IMG/VR virus record: IMGVR_UViG_3300032007_001569
DNA: 64,000 nt
Source of the DNA: a virus
Lineage: Duplodnaviria > Heunggongvirae > Uroviricota > Caudoviricetes
Strand: one strand, 5' to 3'
Shown piece by piece: positions 19,950 to 29,154 of the stretch. Each line of letters starts with the position of its first letter. The first letter of the stretch is position 1. The notes beneath the pieces are model-generated. The model saw only the letters and a list, made by a program, of their open reading frames with translations. It was not told where the DNA came from and made no database searches. The translations under genes were made by a program, and so were the position numbers.

Positions 19950-20505
19950 TAGCGGGTTTTCTCAGCGGGATATATGTTGCGCTGTGCTCTGCGCCTGGGA
20001 GCCATACGCACCACATCACATCCATCAGCGGCGATCCCTTGCCACGCGACTTAAATAGGAAATCCGGCCTCCATGTCAGCGGGAGAATGTACGCGGGCGG
20101 ATGCTCATAATACAAACCAAACCGCTTTTTCGCGTGCCAGAATTGAGATTTAAGCAAGAGCGCGAAGGGCACATTGTGCTCCAAACTGCGCCTGATGAAC
20201 TCTTCGGCCAGGGAGAACGGCGGATTTGTAATAATCCAATTCACGCCATCCGGCTTTTCTGTTGCGAGGTAATCTTCGCCGGTCAGGATGTCAGTCGCCG
20301 TGACCAAGAATCCGTTGTTTTGCAAAACGCTGACCATGTGGCCGTCGCCACAGGCCGGTTCCCAAATGTGATCGCCATCGTGGAGTATATCGCCGATTTT
20401 CAGCGCATCAATCAAGGCTTGCGTCGCTTCGGGCGGCGTGGGATAATAGTCTGATTCAACGCGCTTATAAGCGGTATTGCCTCCGGCGATCCTGCTTCCA
20501 AGCAA
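19903..20505 (-). CDS. N6-adenine DNA methyltransferase (small, gamma-class)
   Basis: Motif I IWEPACGDGHM and motif IV ITNPPF. Confidence 0.65.
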   Translation of the reverse strand: MLGSRIAGGNTAYKRVESDYYPTPPEATQALIDALKIGDILHDGDHIWEPACGDGHMVSVLQNNGFLVTATDILTGEDYLATEKPDGVNWIITNPPFSLAEEFIRRSLEHNVPFALLLKSQFWHAKKRFGLYYEHPPAYILPLTWRPDFLFKSRGKGSPLMDVMWCVWLPGAEHSATYIPLRKPAIEESEDATDEGERAD

Positions 20506-20506
20506 A

Positions 20507-21571
20507 TTATCCGAGATCGTACATCACTCCCTCCTTTGTGAACCCCTTATTCAGCGAAGATGCGTTGATGTCCATGACAAATTCCTCGACGCGCTTCATA
20601 TCTGGATGGGGCGGCAAGTCGGTATGCTTCTTCGCGTAATCGAGTTCTACCTCCAAGTCCTCAATGCGGTCGAAGAACTCCTGCTGATAGGTTCCATCCT
20701 CATTTTGGTATAGGCCATTTCGGATGTTCAACAGCATTTCACGCTCTGCGTCGCTCCGGTAGGTCTTGATTTCCTCGTTCTCCAGAATGTCAATGCACAT
20801 GAGGTAGAGCCGGACAAGGTGCATCGCGTGCTTATTCAGATGGGCATCGTCTTTCTTGTGGTTTCTATGGCCTGTCTTTTCGTAGTCGCGGATGACGGCA
20901 GACAAAGTATTAATCATGGTCTGGAAGTCCCGCGCAGGATATTTGTTGATGTTCACATCACAAAACAGCTCATAATCCAAATCATCGCGGCTGCTCTTGT
21001 CCACATACAGCTTCATGCCGCCTTCGCCAAGGGGAACATGCTTGACCTCAAAGGCCGCGACTGCGTTTTTCGCGGAATGCAGGATGTGTTGCTCGGCCTT
21101 GCCCTGCGGCAGTTTGTCCCGCGCCAGCGCGTTTTCCAAGCGCTTTAGCTGCTGTGTGGCATAACCGCCAAATGAATAGGCCGCACGCTGCGACAGGAAC
21201 ATCTTTCGGTTCGCAATCAGCGCCTTGCCAGCCTCATTCATCATAAGATAGTGATCTGGCTTGCAGCCAAGCAGTTCAATGGTGTTTGGGTTGCAGTTCA
21301 GGAGCAGATTGACCAGCTTATTAAAGCCGTAGACCGTCGTGTCTGTCGCATTATTGATGAACTGCTCGAAATTTGAAAGGCCGATGAGGTCGCTTCGACT
21401 GTTGAAGGCGCAGCCGCGAATATCCAAGTCGGAAGTCTCCACGTTTGTTCCATAGGCATGACTTCCGGCCACGGTCAGAAACATGATGTTGTCACCCAGG
21501 CGCGGTTCCTTACGCAGGAAGTCATAATCTGGACTCTGGATTGTCGCCCGAATTTGCTCAATGGTCATTTT
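20507..21571 (-). CDS. Nucleotidyltransferase-fold protein (Pol beta superfamily)
   Basis: GSHAYGTNVETSDLDIRG is a GS...DxD NTase motif. The start was moved to the internal Met (MTIEQIRAT) to avoid a 118-nt overlap with the upstream gene. Confidence 0.45.
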   Translation of the reverse strand, partial: KMTIEQIRATIQSPDYDFLRKEPRLGDNIMFLTVAGSHAYGTNVETSDLDIRGCAFNSRSDLIGLSNFEQFINNATDTTVYGFNKLVNLLLNCNPNTIELLGCKPDHYLMMNEAGKALIANRKMFLSQRAAYSFGGYATQQLKRLENALARDKLPQGKAEQHILHSAKNAVAAFEVKHVPLGEGGMKLYVDKSSRDDLDYELFCDVNINKYPARDFQTMINTLSAVIRDYEKTGHRNHKKDDAHLNKHAMHLVRLYLMCIDILENEEIKTYRSDAEREMLLNIRNGLYQNEDGTYQQEFFDRIEDLEVELDYAKKHTDLPPHPDMKRVEEFVMDINASSLNKGFTKEGVMYDLG

Positions 21572-22359
21572 TTCATGTCCTCCAGCGCTTGCAGGTCGTC
21601 CAGCATGGTTACATCGAGGTATCGGCGCAGAATTGGCAACGCGCCATCGAGATACAGCTTGTAATACTCGCCAGCAAAACAACCACCGATTGCGCCCAGC
21701 GTGTCAGTGTCGCCTAACATGCTGATTGTCTTTCGCAGGAAATCTTCAAAGCTCTCGCTTTCATAGAAGCAACGAATTGCGACGGGCACACAATCTTGAC
21801 AGGTTGCGTTCCAGCGATATTTTTCACGGATGACATCGAGCGGCTGAGAGCAGGAGTATTTGTAATCCTCTGGCGGATATTGCTTCGTACCGTATTCGAG
21901 GATTTCGTTTTTGCTGGCTCCATTTCGCGCCATCCAGCCGCAAACGGCGGTAACAACCGCGCCATTGATACCCTCCGGGTGATTATGTGTAACAACTGCG
22001 GACTGCGCGGCCAGCTTAATAACCTCTTCTTTGCTGTCTGCGAAGTCAATGACCGGCGAAACGCGCATGGCAGAACCATTGCCAAAGCTGTTATATGGCG
22101 CTAGGTCGTCGCTGTTCAGCCACTCCTTGAACATGTTGCCATAGCCACGATCATAGTAAGCCCTCCCGTAGGAGTAGTAGGCGTCCTGAAACGACGCTTT
22201 GTCCTTCAGCGCATGTAGCGTCGCCATCGTGAGAACGGTGTCGTCTGTGAAATGGTTCTTTGCGGTGAAAAGCTCTACGTGCTCATAGTCAACCGGCTTG
22301 TGATTGAACTCGAAAGGCTGACCGGCAATGTCACCGAGGATTGCACCAATGACGCTCAT
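21565..22359 (-). CDS. ADP-ribosylglycohydrolase (DraG/ARH family)
   Basis: The N-terminus GAILGDIAGQPFEF and the TDDTVLTMA motif are characteristic of ARH hydrolases. Confidence 0.65.
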   Translation of the reverse strand: MSVIGAILGDIAGQPFEFNHKPVDYEHVELFTAKNHFTDDTVLTMATLHALKDKASFQDAYYSYGRAYYDRGYGNMFKEWLNSDDLAPYNSFGNGSAMRVSPVIDFADSKEEVIKLAAQSAVVTHNHPEGINGAVVTAVCGWMARNGASKNEILEYGTKQYPPEDYKYSCSQPLDVIREKYRWNATCQDCVPVAIRCFYESESFEDFLRKTISMLGDTDTLGAIGGCFAGEYYKLYLDGALPILRRYLDVTMLDDLQALEDMKK

Positions 22360-22362
22360 GCT

Positions 22363-23670
22363 TTACACCGCCTCTTCTTTGACAAATTCCTCCGCCTCTT
22401 CCATATCTGGCGCATCGGACATGTCCTTGACAATCCCTTCAAGACATTTGAAGGCGAACCCCTTATGCTTGTAAGCCGTGAAAGACTCCCTATTGTCAAT
22501 GCGCACAACGACACCCTCACGAATGTGCGTTTTACCAATCGGATCGGGGCCTTCGTAGTATTTTTCTACGCGCGCCATGAGGTCTTCCCAAGTTGTATAA
22601 GTGAACTTCTCGAAAATCTTGACAAACTTGACGCCCATCTTTTCGCAAAGTAGCTTAACTTCCTCTGTCGGCATTTCTACGACAAAACCATCTTCATTGG
22701 TGAGCGTCATGCGATATACATAGCAGTCGTTTTCACCGGGCGCACAACCGTAATTAAAAACGGTCTCGTCTCCATAGAGTTTTGAAAACTCCTTATCCTT
22801 AATCAGGCTGTTCTTGCATCGCCCCATGATTGGCGTGGTTTCGCTCACCCAGCCGACGATCTCGTAGAAAACCTCTACGCCTTTAGGCAGACGCCCTGCG
22901 AAGAAATCGTGCCACTTTTTGCGGAAGTCATTGTCGCCGTAATAGCCGCCCGGCTCGAAATTGCGAAGCGTCGTTCGCCGCGTGCCACTTACCATGCGAT
23001 AAGTTCTCGTTTCGCCTGGATTAAGATGAAACACGCGCTGGAAGATGTTCTGCTTCTTCTTTGCAACAGAGATCGCATTGGCCGTGCGCGCGCTGGTGCC
23101 GTGCATCTTCAGCGTGATGTAGCAGGTATCGCCCGGCCTGAACGCCTTTTCATTGTAGGCGAGCTGCTCTGTGTCGATATGTTCAATGAAAAATGGGAAC
23201 TTTTCTTTTGATTCTGGTTTTGCAGACTTCGCCTTGTTGTGAGGCCCGTGCTGGATCGGCGTTGAACTGCGCGGGATGTACTTCCGGCAAATCTCATGGC
23301 CGTCAATCTCCGTGATCTGCGTGCCGTCCGCCAGTTTTTCAATATCGGTATATTTTGCAAGGACTTCAATGGGAAGCACCAGGCCGTCAGACTTTTCGCC
23401 GCGCAGTTTGATCGCGGTGATATTACGCTTGTTTGGGTCAAGATAGCCGCCGACGTTGTTGCCGTTCTCGTCGAGCTTCCTGACGAGGTTGTTATCGGCG
23501 CAAAACTCTTCGCTCAGTTGGCCGTCAACCGGGAAATAGACGATTCTCTGGCCTTCATGATAGCTCAGGTCAACGATGGTGTCGTTTCCGAAGATTGTCG
23601 CCACCTGAAGCCGGTCGGCGTTTCCGTGCTTTCTGATTTGCCTTATCGTTGTTACATATCCGCAGTACAT
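22363..23670 (-). CDS. ATP-dependent RNA ligase (Rnl, DraRnl/NgrRnl-like KxHG type)
   Basis: Nucleotidyltransferase motifs I KMHG, IV EGVVV and V YKHK, preceded by an N-terminal OB-like domain. Confidence 0.55.
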   Translation of the reverse strand: MYCGYVTTIRQIRKHGNADRLQVATIFGNDTIVDLSYHEGQRIVYFPVDGQLSEEFCADNNLVRKLDENGNNVGGYLDPNKRNITAIKLRGEKSDGLVLPIEVLAKYTDIEKLADGTQITEIDGHEICRKYIPRSSTPIQHGPHNKAKSAKPESKEKFPFFIEHIDTEQLAYNEKAFRPGDTCYITLKMHGTSARTANAISVAKKKQNIFQRVFHLNPGETRTYRMVSGTRRTTLRNFEPGGYYGDNDFRKKWHDFFAGRLPKGVEVFYEIVGWVSETTPIMGRCKNSLIKDKEFSKLYGDETVFNYGCAPGENDCYVYRMTLTNEDGFVVEMPTEEVKLLCEKMGVKFVKIFEKFTYTTWEDLMARVEKYYEGPDPIGKTHIREGVVVRIDNRESFTAYKHKGFAFKCLEGIVKDMSDAPDMEEAEEFVKEEAV

Positions 23671-23857
23671 TTACTTCCTTCTTTCTAATACCTGTTTGAA
23701 ATGAATTTTGACGAAAAGCAAAAGGTTTCTTCTTTGTCTCCATCCAACAAGCGTGGCAGCGATAAAATTCCTTACACTTGCCACCCTCAAAACTCAATAC
23801 GTGGACTACCGGTTTCCCGCATCTTTGACAATACATTGTTCGGCGCTCCTTTCTCAT
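23570..23857 (-). CDS. hypothetical zinc-ribbon protein
   Basis: CQRCGKP...CHAC. The true start is probably an internal Met, because promoter P2 overlaps the annotated 5' end. Confidence 0.3.
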   Translation of the reverse strand: MRKERRTMYCQRCGKPVVHVLSFEGGKCKEFYRCHACWMETKKKPFAFRQNSFQTGIRKKEVNVLRICNNDKANQKARKRRPASGGDNLRKRHHR

Positions 23858-23873
23858 GAGAATATTATAGCAC
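23845..23873 (-). promoter_or_regulatory. sigma70-type promoter P2 (TTGACA-17-TATAAT)
   Basis: Minus strand TTGACAATTAAATTAAAAGGTGCTATAAT. Confidence 0.55.
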
Positions 23874-23898
23874 CTTTTAATTTAATTGTCAATAGGTT

Positions 23899-24261
23899 TT
23901 AGTATTCTTTTTTAAGGATTTTCTGCTCGTCGATGAACTCAATGCCGCATTGCGGACAGTATGCCGCGTTGATTAGATCAAACTGGCCTTCAGGCTCACC
24001 GGCCTTCGTCGCATACAGATGACAACCACACTCGCCGCAACGGATTGTGACATTATCGCCGAACCTGGCGAACACCTTAAAGCCCTTATGCTCAATCAAT
24101 CCCTTTTCGGCCAAATGCGAATACAGTCTTTTAATTTCGCCGGTACTCGTTACCCATCGGTTAAATTTCCCGCAACTCGCACAATAGATTGCCGTGCGAT
24201 TTCTAACGACGCGCAGTTCTAAATGCTCACTGCCGCACAGCCTACACCTTTCATCCAGCAC
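23899..24261 (-). CDS. hypothetical zinc-ribbon protein
   Basis: Four CxxC pairs: CRLCG, CASCG, CGECG, CPQCG. Confidence 0.3.
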   Translation of the reverse strand: MLDERCRLCGSEHLELRVVRNRTAIYCASCGKFNRWVTSTGEIKRLYSHLAEKGLIEHKGFKVFARFGDNVTIRCGECGCHLYATKAGEPEGQFDLINAAYCPQCGIEFIDEQKILKKEY

Positions 24262-24267
24262 GGCTTA

Positions 24268-24534
24268 TCACCTGGTATAGCAGGAATTGGTCTGCTTCTG
24301 GTAGACATCTTCGTACAACTCGCCTTTGTCACCGTTGAAGGTGTATTCGGCGTAGATACCATCGCCGCTGACATTGGTTGAAACAAGGCATTTGTAATTC
24401 TGCAGGGTTTTGCAGCTCCAAACGATGAAGGTATCTTCAAGGTTTATCTGTAAATAAGGCCAATTCTCTTTGTACCAATCGACCAGCTTTTCGCGGCACA
24501 GCGTTTGAAAATGATCCATTCCATTAATTATCAT
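24268..24534 (-). CDS. hypothetical protein
   Basis: 88-aa ORF. Confidence 0.3.
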   Translation of the reverse strand: MIINGMDHFQTLCREKLVDWYKENWPYLQINLEDTFIVWSCKTLQNYKCLVSTNVSGDGIYAEYTFNGDKGELYEDVYQKQTNSCYTR

Positions 24535-24540
24535 TGCACA

Positions 24541-25047
24541 TCATCCTTTTTCGTTCTCATATTTTATAGGCAATAGAACAGTTGTCCTTTCAATCATCCA
24601 CGGTTTGTCTGGCGGCGCAAAGTCTTTATCGTACTCGTTCAGCACAACAAAATTGCCCACGGTGTACTTTACGTGAGATTTGTGAGGCCCCTTCCTCGAA
24701 TCATATGTTTGTGCTAGTCCAACCTTCATGATACAATCCGACACGGCGTTTGTGACAAATAAAAGCGTACCGTCATGAATTAAAGAACTACAAACAAAAT
24801 AATCAAAATCGGCATCCTCGTCAAACTCAATATCCACATGGAGGGCTTTAGGTTCATCACAATCGTTCTCTTGAATCATGATGTCATAGCTCTGTATGCC
24901 GCCAAGATAAGGCTCAAAAAAGTATTCGGAATCAAGCTCTTTGGCTTTGCTCCAATCCCGGTTTGAGACATTAGACCGATTCGGATCGGACGCCGCAGTT
25001 TGGCAGAAGGTAAGCGATTTACTCATACGGCTATTTCCTCTTCGCAA
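24541..25047 (-). CDS. hypothetical protein
   Basis: 168-aa ORF. Confidence 0.3.
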   Translation of the reverse strand: MRRGNSRMSKSLTFCQTAASDPNRSNVSNRDWSKAKELDSEYFFEPYLGGIQSYDIMIQENDCDEPKALHVDIEFDEDADFDYFVCSSLIHDGTLLFVTNAVSDCIMKVGLAQTYDSRKGPHKSHVKYTVGNFVVLNEYDKDFAPPDKPWMIERTTVLLPIKYENEKG

Positions 25048-26612
25048 ATTTCAGGCAGGTTTGCGCGAACCAATGCAGCAGGAATAGGTGGGCAAACAGC
25101 ATTGCCACAACGCGCTACCTGTTCAGATTTCGGATATGGTTTGCCATCTGCGTCCACGTCGATAATGTAGTCGTCCGGGAAGCCCTGGGCATCGAAAAGC
25201 TCTCGCGGCGTCAGCATCCGCAAGCCAATATCTATGATCTGGTAATCCTGACCGTGAACTGTGACCAATCCCATTCTGTCTTTGGAGGTAATTGTCGGCG
25301 CGGGGCCTTCACAGGAGACGGCGTTATCACCACTTCCATAATACTTCACCAAGAATGCGCATACTTCTCCAAAATGATTGGTCTGCGCCGTCATGGTATT
25401 GAGCGGCTGTGTTACTTCCTGCCCGATTGAATTGTTGTTAAACTGCGTTACCGCAACCGCGCACACAGCGTTATGATCGACGGCTGTAATGGTTGGCAAC
25501 GGCTTATCTGTCCCGCTCGCTATGTCATCGCCATTGTAATACTTACTGATAAACGTAGACACAAGGCCGTAACGATTGGAAGAATCAACCGTCATGAGCG
25601 GCTGGTCGATATGCTGGCCGCGCACATCATCTGTCTGCTCACTGTGATACTGTATCAGGTTTTCGGCCTGGGCTTCGGTATCGCTTGTCTTTACGATGAA
25701 GGGATTCGGATTATCTATGACAAATTTCTGAATGCCTCGCGCAATTCGTTTGAGCGTCGCGTCGGCAAGAGGACGCACCGCACGTATGCCATATTGCGCC
25801 ATGATTTCATCGCTACTGGCAAAAATTGAAGGACAAGGAATCGAAAAATCCAACACGTCTGCCACGGGAACCCAAGGTTTTTTCAAACCAGCCTGAACTT
25901 CAAGGCTATCAGGCGCAGCGTGCGTCGGCTCAGGCCAGACGATGGGCTTCCCATCACTTCTGGCAATCAGGAAAAAGCGCTTGCGGATTGTCGGCGCACC
26001 GTAATCACAAGCCTTCAGTTCACGATATGACACTTTATAATGCAGACCGTTCAACAGGCGCTTGGCGTCATATCCATCACGCGAGATATTCAGGAACTCG
26101 CAAGCCTCATGGAATGCCGGGGCGGTTGGCTCAATGCCGTCCGTCAGCATTTGAATGAAACCCTTGAATGTCTCACCTGTGTGTGCCGGATCGGGAACAA
26201 ATTTGCCTTGCTCGATCTCAATCAGCGGCCCCCAAGTCTGGATTTCTTCAACGTTCTCCATCATCATGACGCGCGGGCGAACGAGCATTGCCCAACGGAG
26301 AATAACCCAGGAAAGGCCACGAATATGTTTGCTGACCGGCTTGCCACCCTTCGCTTTGGAAAAGTGTTTGCAATCCGGGGAGAACCAAGCGAGCGCGACG
26401 GGCTTTCCTCCGCATACTTCAACGGGGTCAACATCCCAAACATCTTCGGCATAATGTTTCGTGGTTGGATGGTTTGCTCTGTGCATGGCTATCGCGGCGG
26501 GGTCATGGTTGATTGCCACATCAACGCTGCGGCCAATCGCCATTTCAATGCCTGTTGAAGCACCACCGCCTCCCGCAAAGTTATCGACGACAATTTCCTG
26601 GAAATTCGACAT
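25023..26612 (-). CDS. DNA (cytosine-5)-methyltransferase
   Basis: Motif I DNFAGGGGAS, an ENV motif MMENVEEI and an FSPDCKHFSKAKG catalytic-Cys region. Confidence 0.7.
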   Translation of the reverse strand: MSNFQEIVVDNFAGGGGASTGIEMAIGRSVDVAINHDPAAIAMHRANHPTTKHYAEDVWDVDPVEVCGGKPVALAWFSPDCKHFSKAKGGKPVSKHIRGLSWVILRWAMLVRPRVMMMENVEEIQTWGPLIEIEQGKFVPDPAHTGETFKGFIQMLTDGIEPTAPAFHEACEFLNISRDGYDAKRLLNGLHYKVSYRELKACDYGAPTIRKRFFLIARSDGKPIVWPEPTHAAPDSLEVQAGLKKPWVPVADVLDFSIPCPSIFASSDEIMAQYGIRAVRPLADATLKRIARGIQKFVIDNPNPFIVKTSDTEAQAENLIQYHSEQTDDVRGQHIDQPLMTVDSSNRYGLVSTFISKYYNGDDIASGTDKPLPTITAVDHNAVCAVAVTQFNNNSIGQEVTQPLNTMTAQTNHFGEVCAFLVKYYGSGDNAVSCEGPAPTITSKDRMGLVTVHGQDYQIIDIGLRMLTPRELFDAQGFPDDYIIDVDADGKPYPKSEQVARCGNAVCPPIPAALVRANLPEICEEEIAV

Positions 26613-26661
26613 TCATATTCCCCCTACTTTAGAGACTTACTTTTTCAATAAAACTGACTTT

Positions 26662-27051
26662 TTATCCATTATTCCACTTCGCATCGTTCGGACTGCCAAG
26701 TTTTCGGATTTCCCATGTTCCATTCGCGTGAACGTCCATTTCATAGTGACCACAGTTCAAATGATTGAGCATTTCCTCTGCCGTCCTCTCCACCTTTTCA
26801 AACCAACACGTTTTAATAAACGCATAGTGCAGGATGACAGTGCCGCCGCATAAAGTATTTTCGCAATTCCCGTCCGGCGTCCAACAGTTCTTCAAACAAC
26901 CCTGCGCAAGGCTTCCATACACATGATCGTCTGGATCGTGATAAAACATTGTCCCGGCCTTTAGCATCCCGAAATCCTTAGTCAGCCTGTAATAATCATA
27001 GTTCGGGTTTGAAAAAGCGCGAACTGAATCTACTGCCATATTGTCATTCAC
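26662..27051 (-). CDS. hypothetical protein
   Basis: 129-aa ORF with a good RBS (AAAGGAG). Confidence 0.3.
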   Translation of the reverse strand: MNDNMAVDSVRAFSNPNYDYYRLTKDFGMLKAGTMFYHDPDDHVYGSLAQGCLKNCWTPDGNCENTLCGGTVILHYAFIKTCWFEKVERTAEEMLNHLNCGHYEMDVHANGTWEIRKLGSPNDAKWNNG

Positions 27052-27216
27052 TCCTTTGGTCGTTCTTCATAGACGAGAACCATCTTTTCGATGTTCACAC
27101 GCGGCGTCGTTGAAAAAATGCAGATAATCTGATCTCATGTAATCCCATGCTCGTTGATGAATGTTTCAAGTTGTCGTTCAACGCTTACATCTCCCATACA
27201 TTCATGTGTGAAAGCC

Positions 27217-27486
27217 TCAACTTTTATCATGCCTGCCTTTATCACGCCTTATTCTCTCCAATCGATCTGTAAGTTTTGTTATGATATTTGATAGATCATC
27301 TACATCCATCTGTTGAATCACTATGTCGTTTGGAAACAATAGAACATCGTTGTTTGGAAATGCAGATTTAATTTGATTATGTATTTCCATCATTTCTCTA
27401 TAAGTGCGCGGTTCGCCATAACTGGCTACAATAATATCCCATGGATTACACTTCAGTGTTGATAGATTAATGTTCTTCATAAACAC
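27217..27486 (-). CDS. hypothetical protein
   Basis: 89-aa ORF. Its stop overlaps the ATG of a 31-aa downstream ORF (ATGA). Confidence 0.3.
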   Translation of the reverse strand: MFMKNINLSTLKCNPWDIIVASYGEPRTYREMMEIHNQIKSAFPNNDVLLFPNDIVIQQMDVDDLSNIITKLTDRLERIRRDKGRHDKS

Positions 27487-27490
27487 CCCA

Positions 27491-27850
27491 TCAGTAATCG
27501 AAATCTACCTGCGCAGCCATTTCCTTCGCATCAGCGTCAAGCATCTCAGAATCTGGTGAACGTGCTTCGACATATTCACCCACATCGTCGAAATAATCAA
27601 TTATATCATCGTAGCACCAACCATCCCATTCACTGGTTTCCTCATTAAGAACTTCGAAATTGCCCGAATTGCAATAGTCGCCGCGAACATTGTTGTTGTA
27701 GAGGAAGCAATCATAGAAAGCCAGGACATCCATGATCTTCTTCGCCTCTTCAACGGAATGAACAGGAATATGGAACCAATTTGAACTACCCACCTGCGGA
27801 CACCAAGATACACGCATTATCTGATTATCCATAATTACTCTCCCTCTCAT
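27491..27850 (-). CDS. hypothetical acidic protein
   Basis: 119-aa ORF. Confidence 0.3.
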   Translation of the reverse strand: MRGRVIMDNQIMRVSWCPQVGSSNWFHIPVHSVEEAKKIMDVLAFYDCFLYNNNVRGDYCNSGNFEVLNEETSEWDGWCYDDIIDYFDDVGEYVEARSPDSEMLDADAKEMAAQVDFDY

Positions 27851-27852
27851 TA

Positions 27853-28434
27853 TTAAAAGCTAAATGAATTTTCGTTTTCTTGATCTTCAGCGTAGAAATT
27901 TGGATCGTCAAACACGTTACCCACAATAACCGTTGTCATCCTTCCCATAATGATAGCCTCCGCAGCAATTTCTCCAAGCTCTATATAGTCCCAAGCGCTT
28001 TGTGGACATTTACGGAAGAACTCCTTGCTTTTCCTGGCTTGCCATTGGAACGCTTCGCCGTTCCAGAACACAGCTACGGTATGTGCGCCAAATTGCAGAA
28101 TGTCGCCGTCAAAAATGCGATTACCGTCAGCGTCATCCAGCCCCGTATACTGGCAAACCGTGAGTGGTTCAACCTTGACGGCAACACACATAGCGGTTTC
28201 GTCTATTGGCGTTGAAGCGGCTATGCTGGTACAAATAAATGGTTCGTCATTCGGTGCCATAAATAATGCGCCAACAACCCATTCTCCACCGGAGCAACTT
28301 TTCCCGCGAAAAATCGCTTCTTTTATTGGTTTCACCCCCTTGCCCATTGGAATTTGCGGCAGGATTTGCACCTGCGAAGCCTTCATGACAAATGTCTGTC
28401 GGCGCGGGCGCTTGCCAGATGGCCGCGCTCCCAC
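27853..28434 (-). CDS. YopX-like protein
   Basis: The C-terminal part (VCQYTGLDDADGNRIFDGDILQF) resembles the YopX domain. Confidence 0.4.
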   Translation of the reverse strand: MGARPSGKRPRRQTFVMKASQVQILPQIPMGKGVKPIKEAIFRGKSCSGGEWVVGALFMAPNDEPFICTSIAASTPIDETAMCVAVKVEPLTVCQYTGLDDADGNRIFDGDILQFGAHTVAVFWNGEAFQWQARKSKEFFRKCPQSAWDYIELGEIAAEAIIMGRMTTVIVGNVFDDPNFYAEDQENENSFSF

Positions 28435-28468
28435 GGGGTTTGGCTACTTCCCGCTTACGCAAATAAGT

Positions 28469-28756
28469 TTAAGTCTCAATAGCAGACAGCTTAGTATACA
28501 GATTGTACGCCTCGCGCATGTTACCTCCGCAGTAAAGCCAATCGTCGCCCTTCCATACGTGATAGACTGGCGCGCGGCCAAACATATCTTCATTCAGATT
28601 CTGGATCGGCTTTTCTTTGGTCACATATAGCGCCAAATCCAGCGCTTCATTGTATTCGAGACGCCATACCTCTTTGGGCGGCTGAAAAGACGCCGCCCAT
28701 TTGTCACGCAATCTACTCATACATCCCTTGCAATCTCTGCCACCGACATGTTCCAC
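28469..28756 (-). CDS. hypothetical protein
   Basis: 95-aa ORF. Confidence 0.3.
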   Translation of the reverse strand: MEHVGGRDCKGCMSRLRDKWAASFQPPKEVWRLEYNEALDLALYVTKEKPIQNLNEDMFGRAPVYHVWKGDDWLYCGGNMREAYNLYTKLSAIET

Positions 28757-29145
28757 TTCGCTTCGAGTTCATCAACATCGTACTTCAGGCTCAGCCACAC
28801 ACAATGGTGATAATCATATCTGTATCGCCCCTTCTTTGTTGGAATGATGACGCCAATCTCTTCATCCAAATAAATAATGGCATCTTCAGAAAGGTCGCGC
28901 ACGATTTTGACATAGGCGCATTGATTGACCGCGTGTTCAAAGTCCGCTTCAAAATCGTCTTTATTGATGGCGTTCTTCCATTTGCCAATAAGGTTTCTGT
29001 CATCGGTTATAAATTCCACCTTGTTCTTTAATTCGCCAATAACGCTTTTGTCTCTGTTCTCATACGCTTGGCATTCTTCCCGCGTATCAAACATTGTGCC
29101 GTCAGACGCGACATACTTTGTGACCTCTAAAATCGTCTTCATCAC
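28717..29145 (-). CDS. hypothetical protein
   Basis: 142-aa ORF. Confidence 0.3.
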   Translation of the reverse strand: MMKTILEVTKYVASDGTMFDTREECQAYENRDKSVIGELKNKVEFITDDRNLIGKWKNAINKDDFEADFEHAVNQCAYVKIVRDLSEDAIIYLDEEIGVIIPTKKGRYRYDYHHCVWLSLKYDVDELEAKWNMSVAEIARDV

Positions 29146-29154
29146 CCCATCCCC

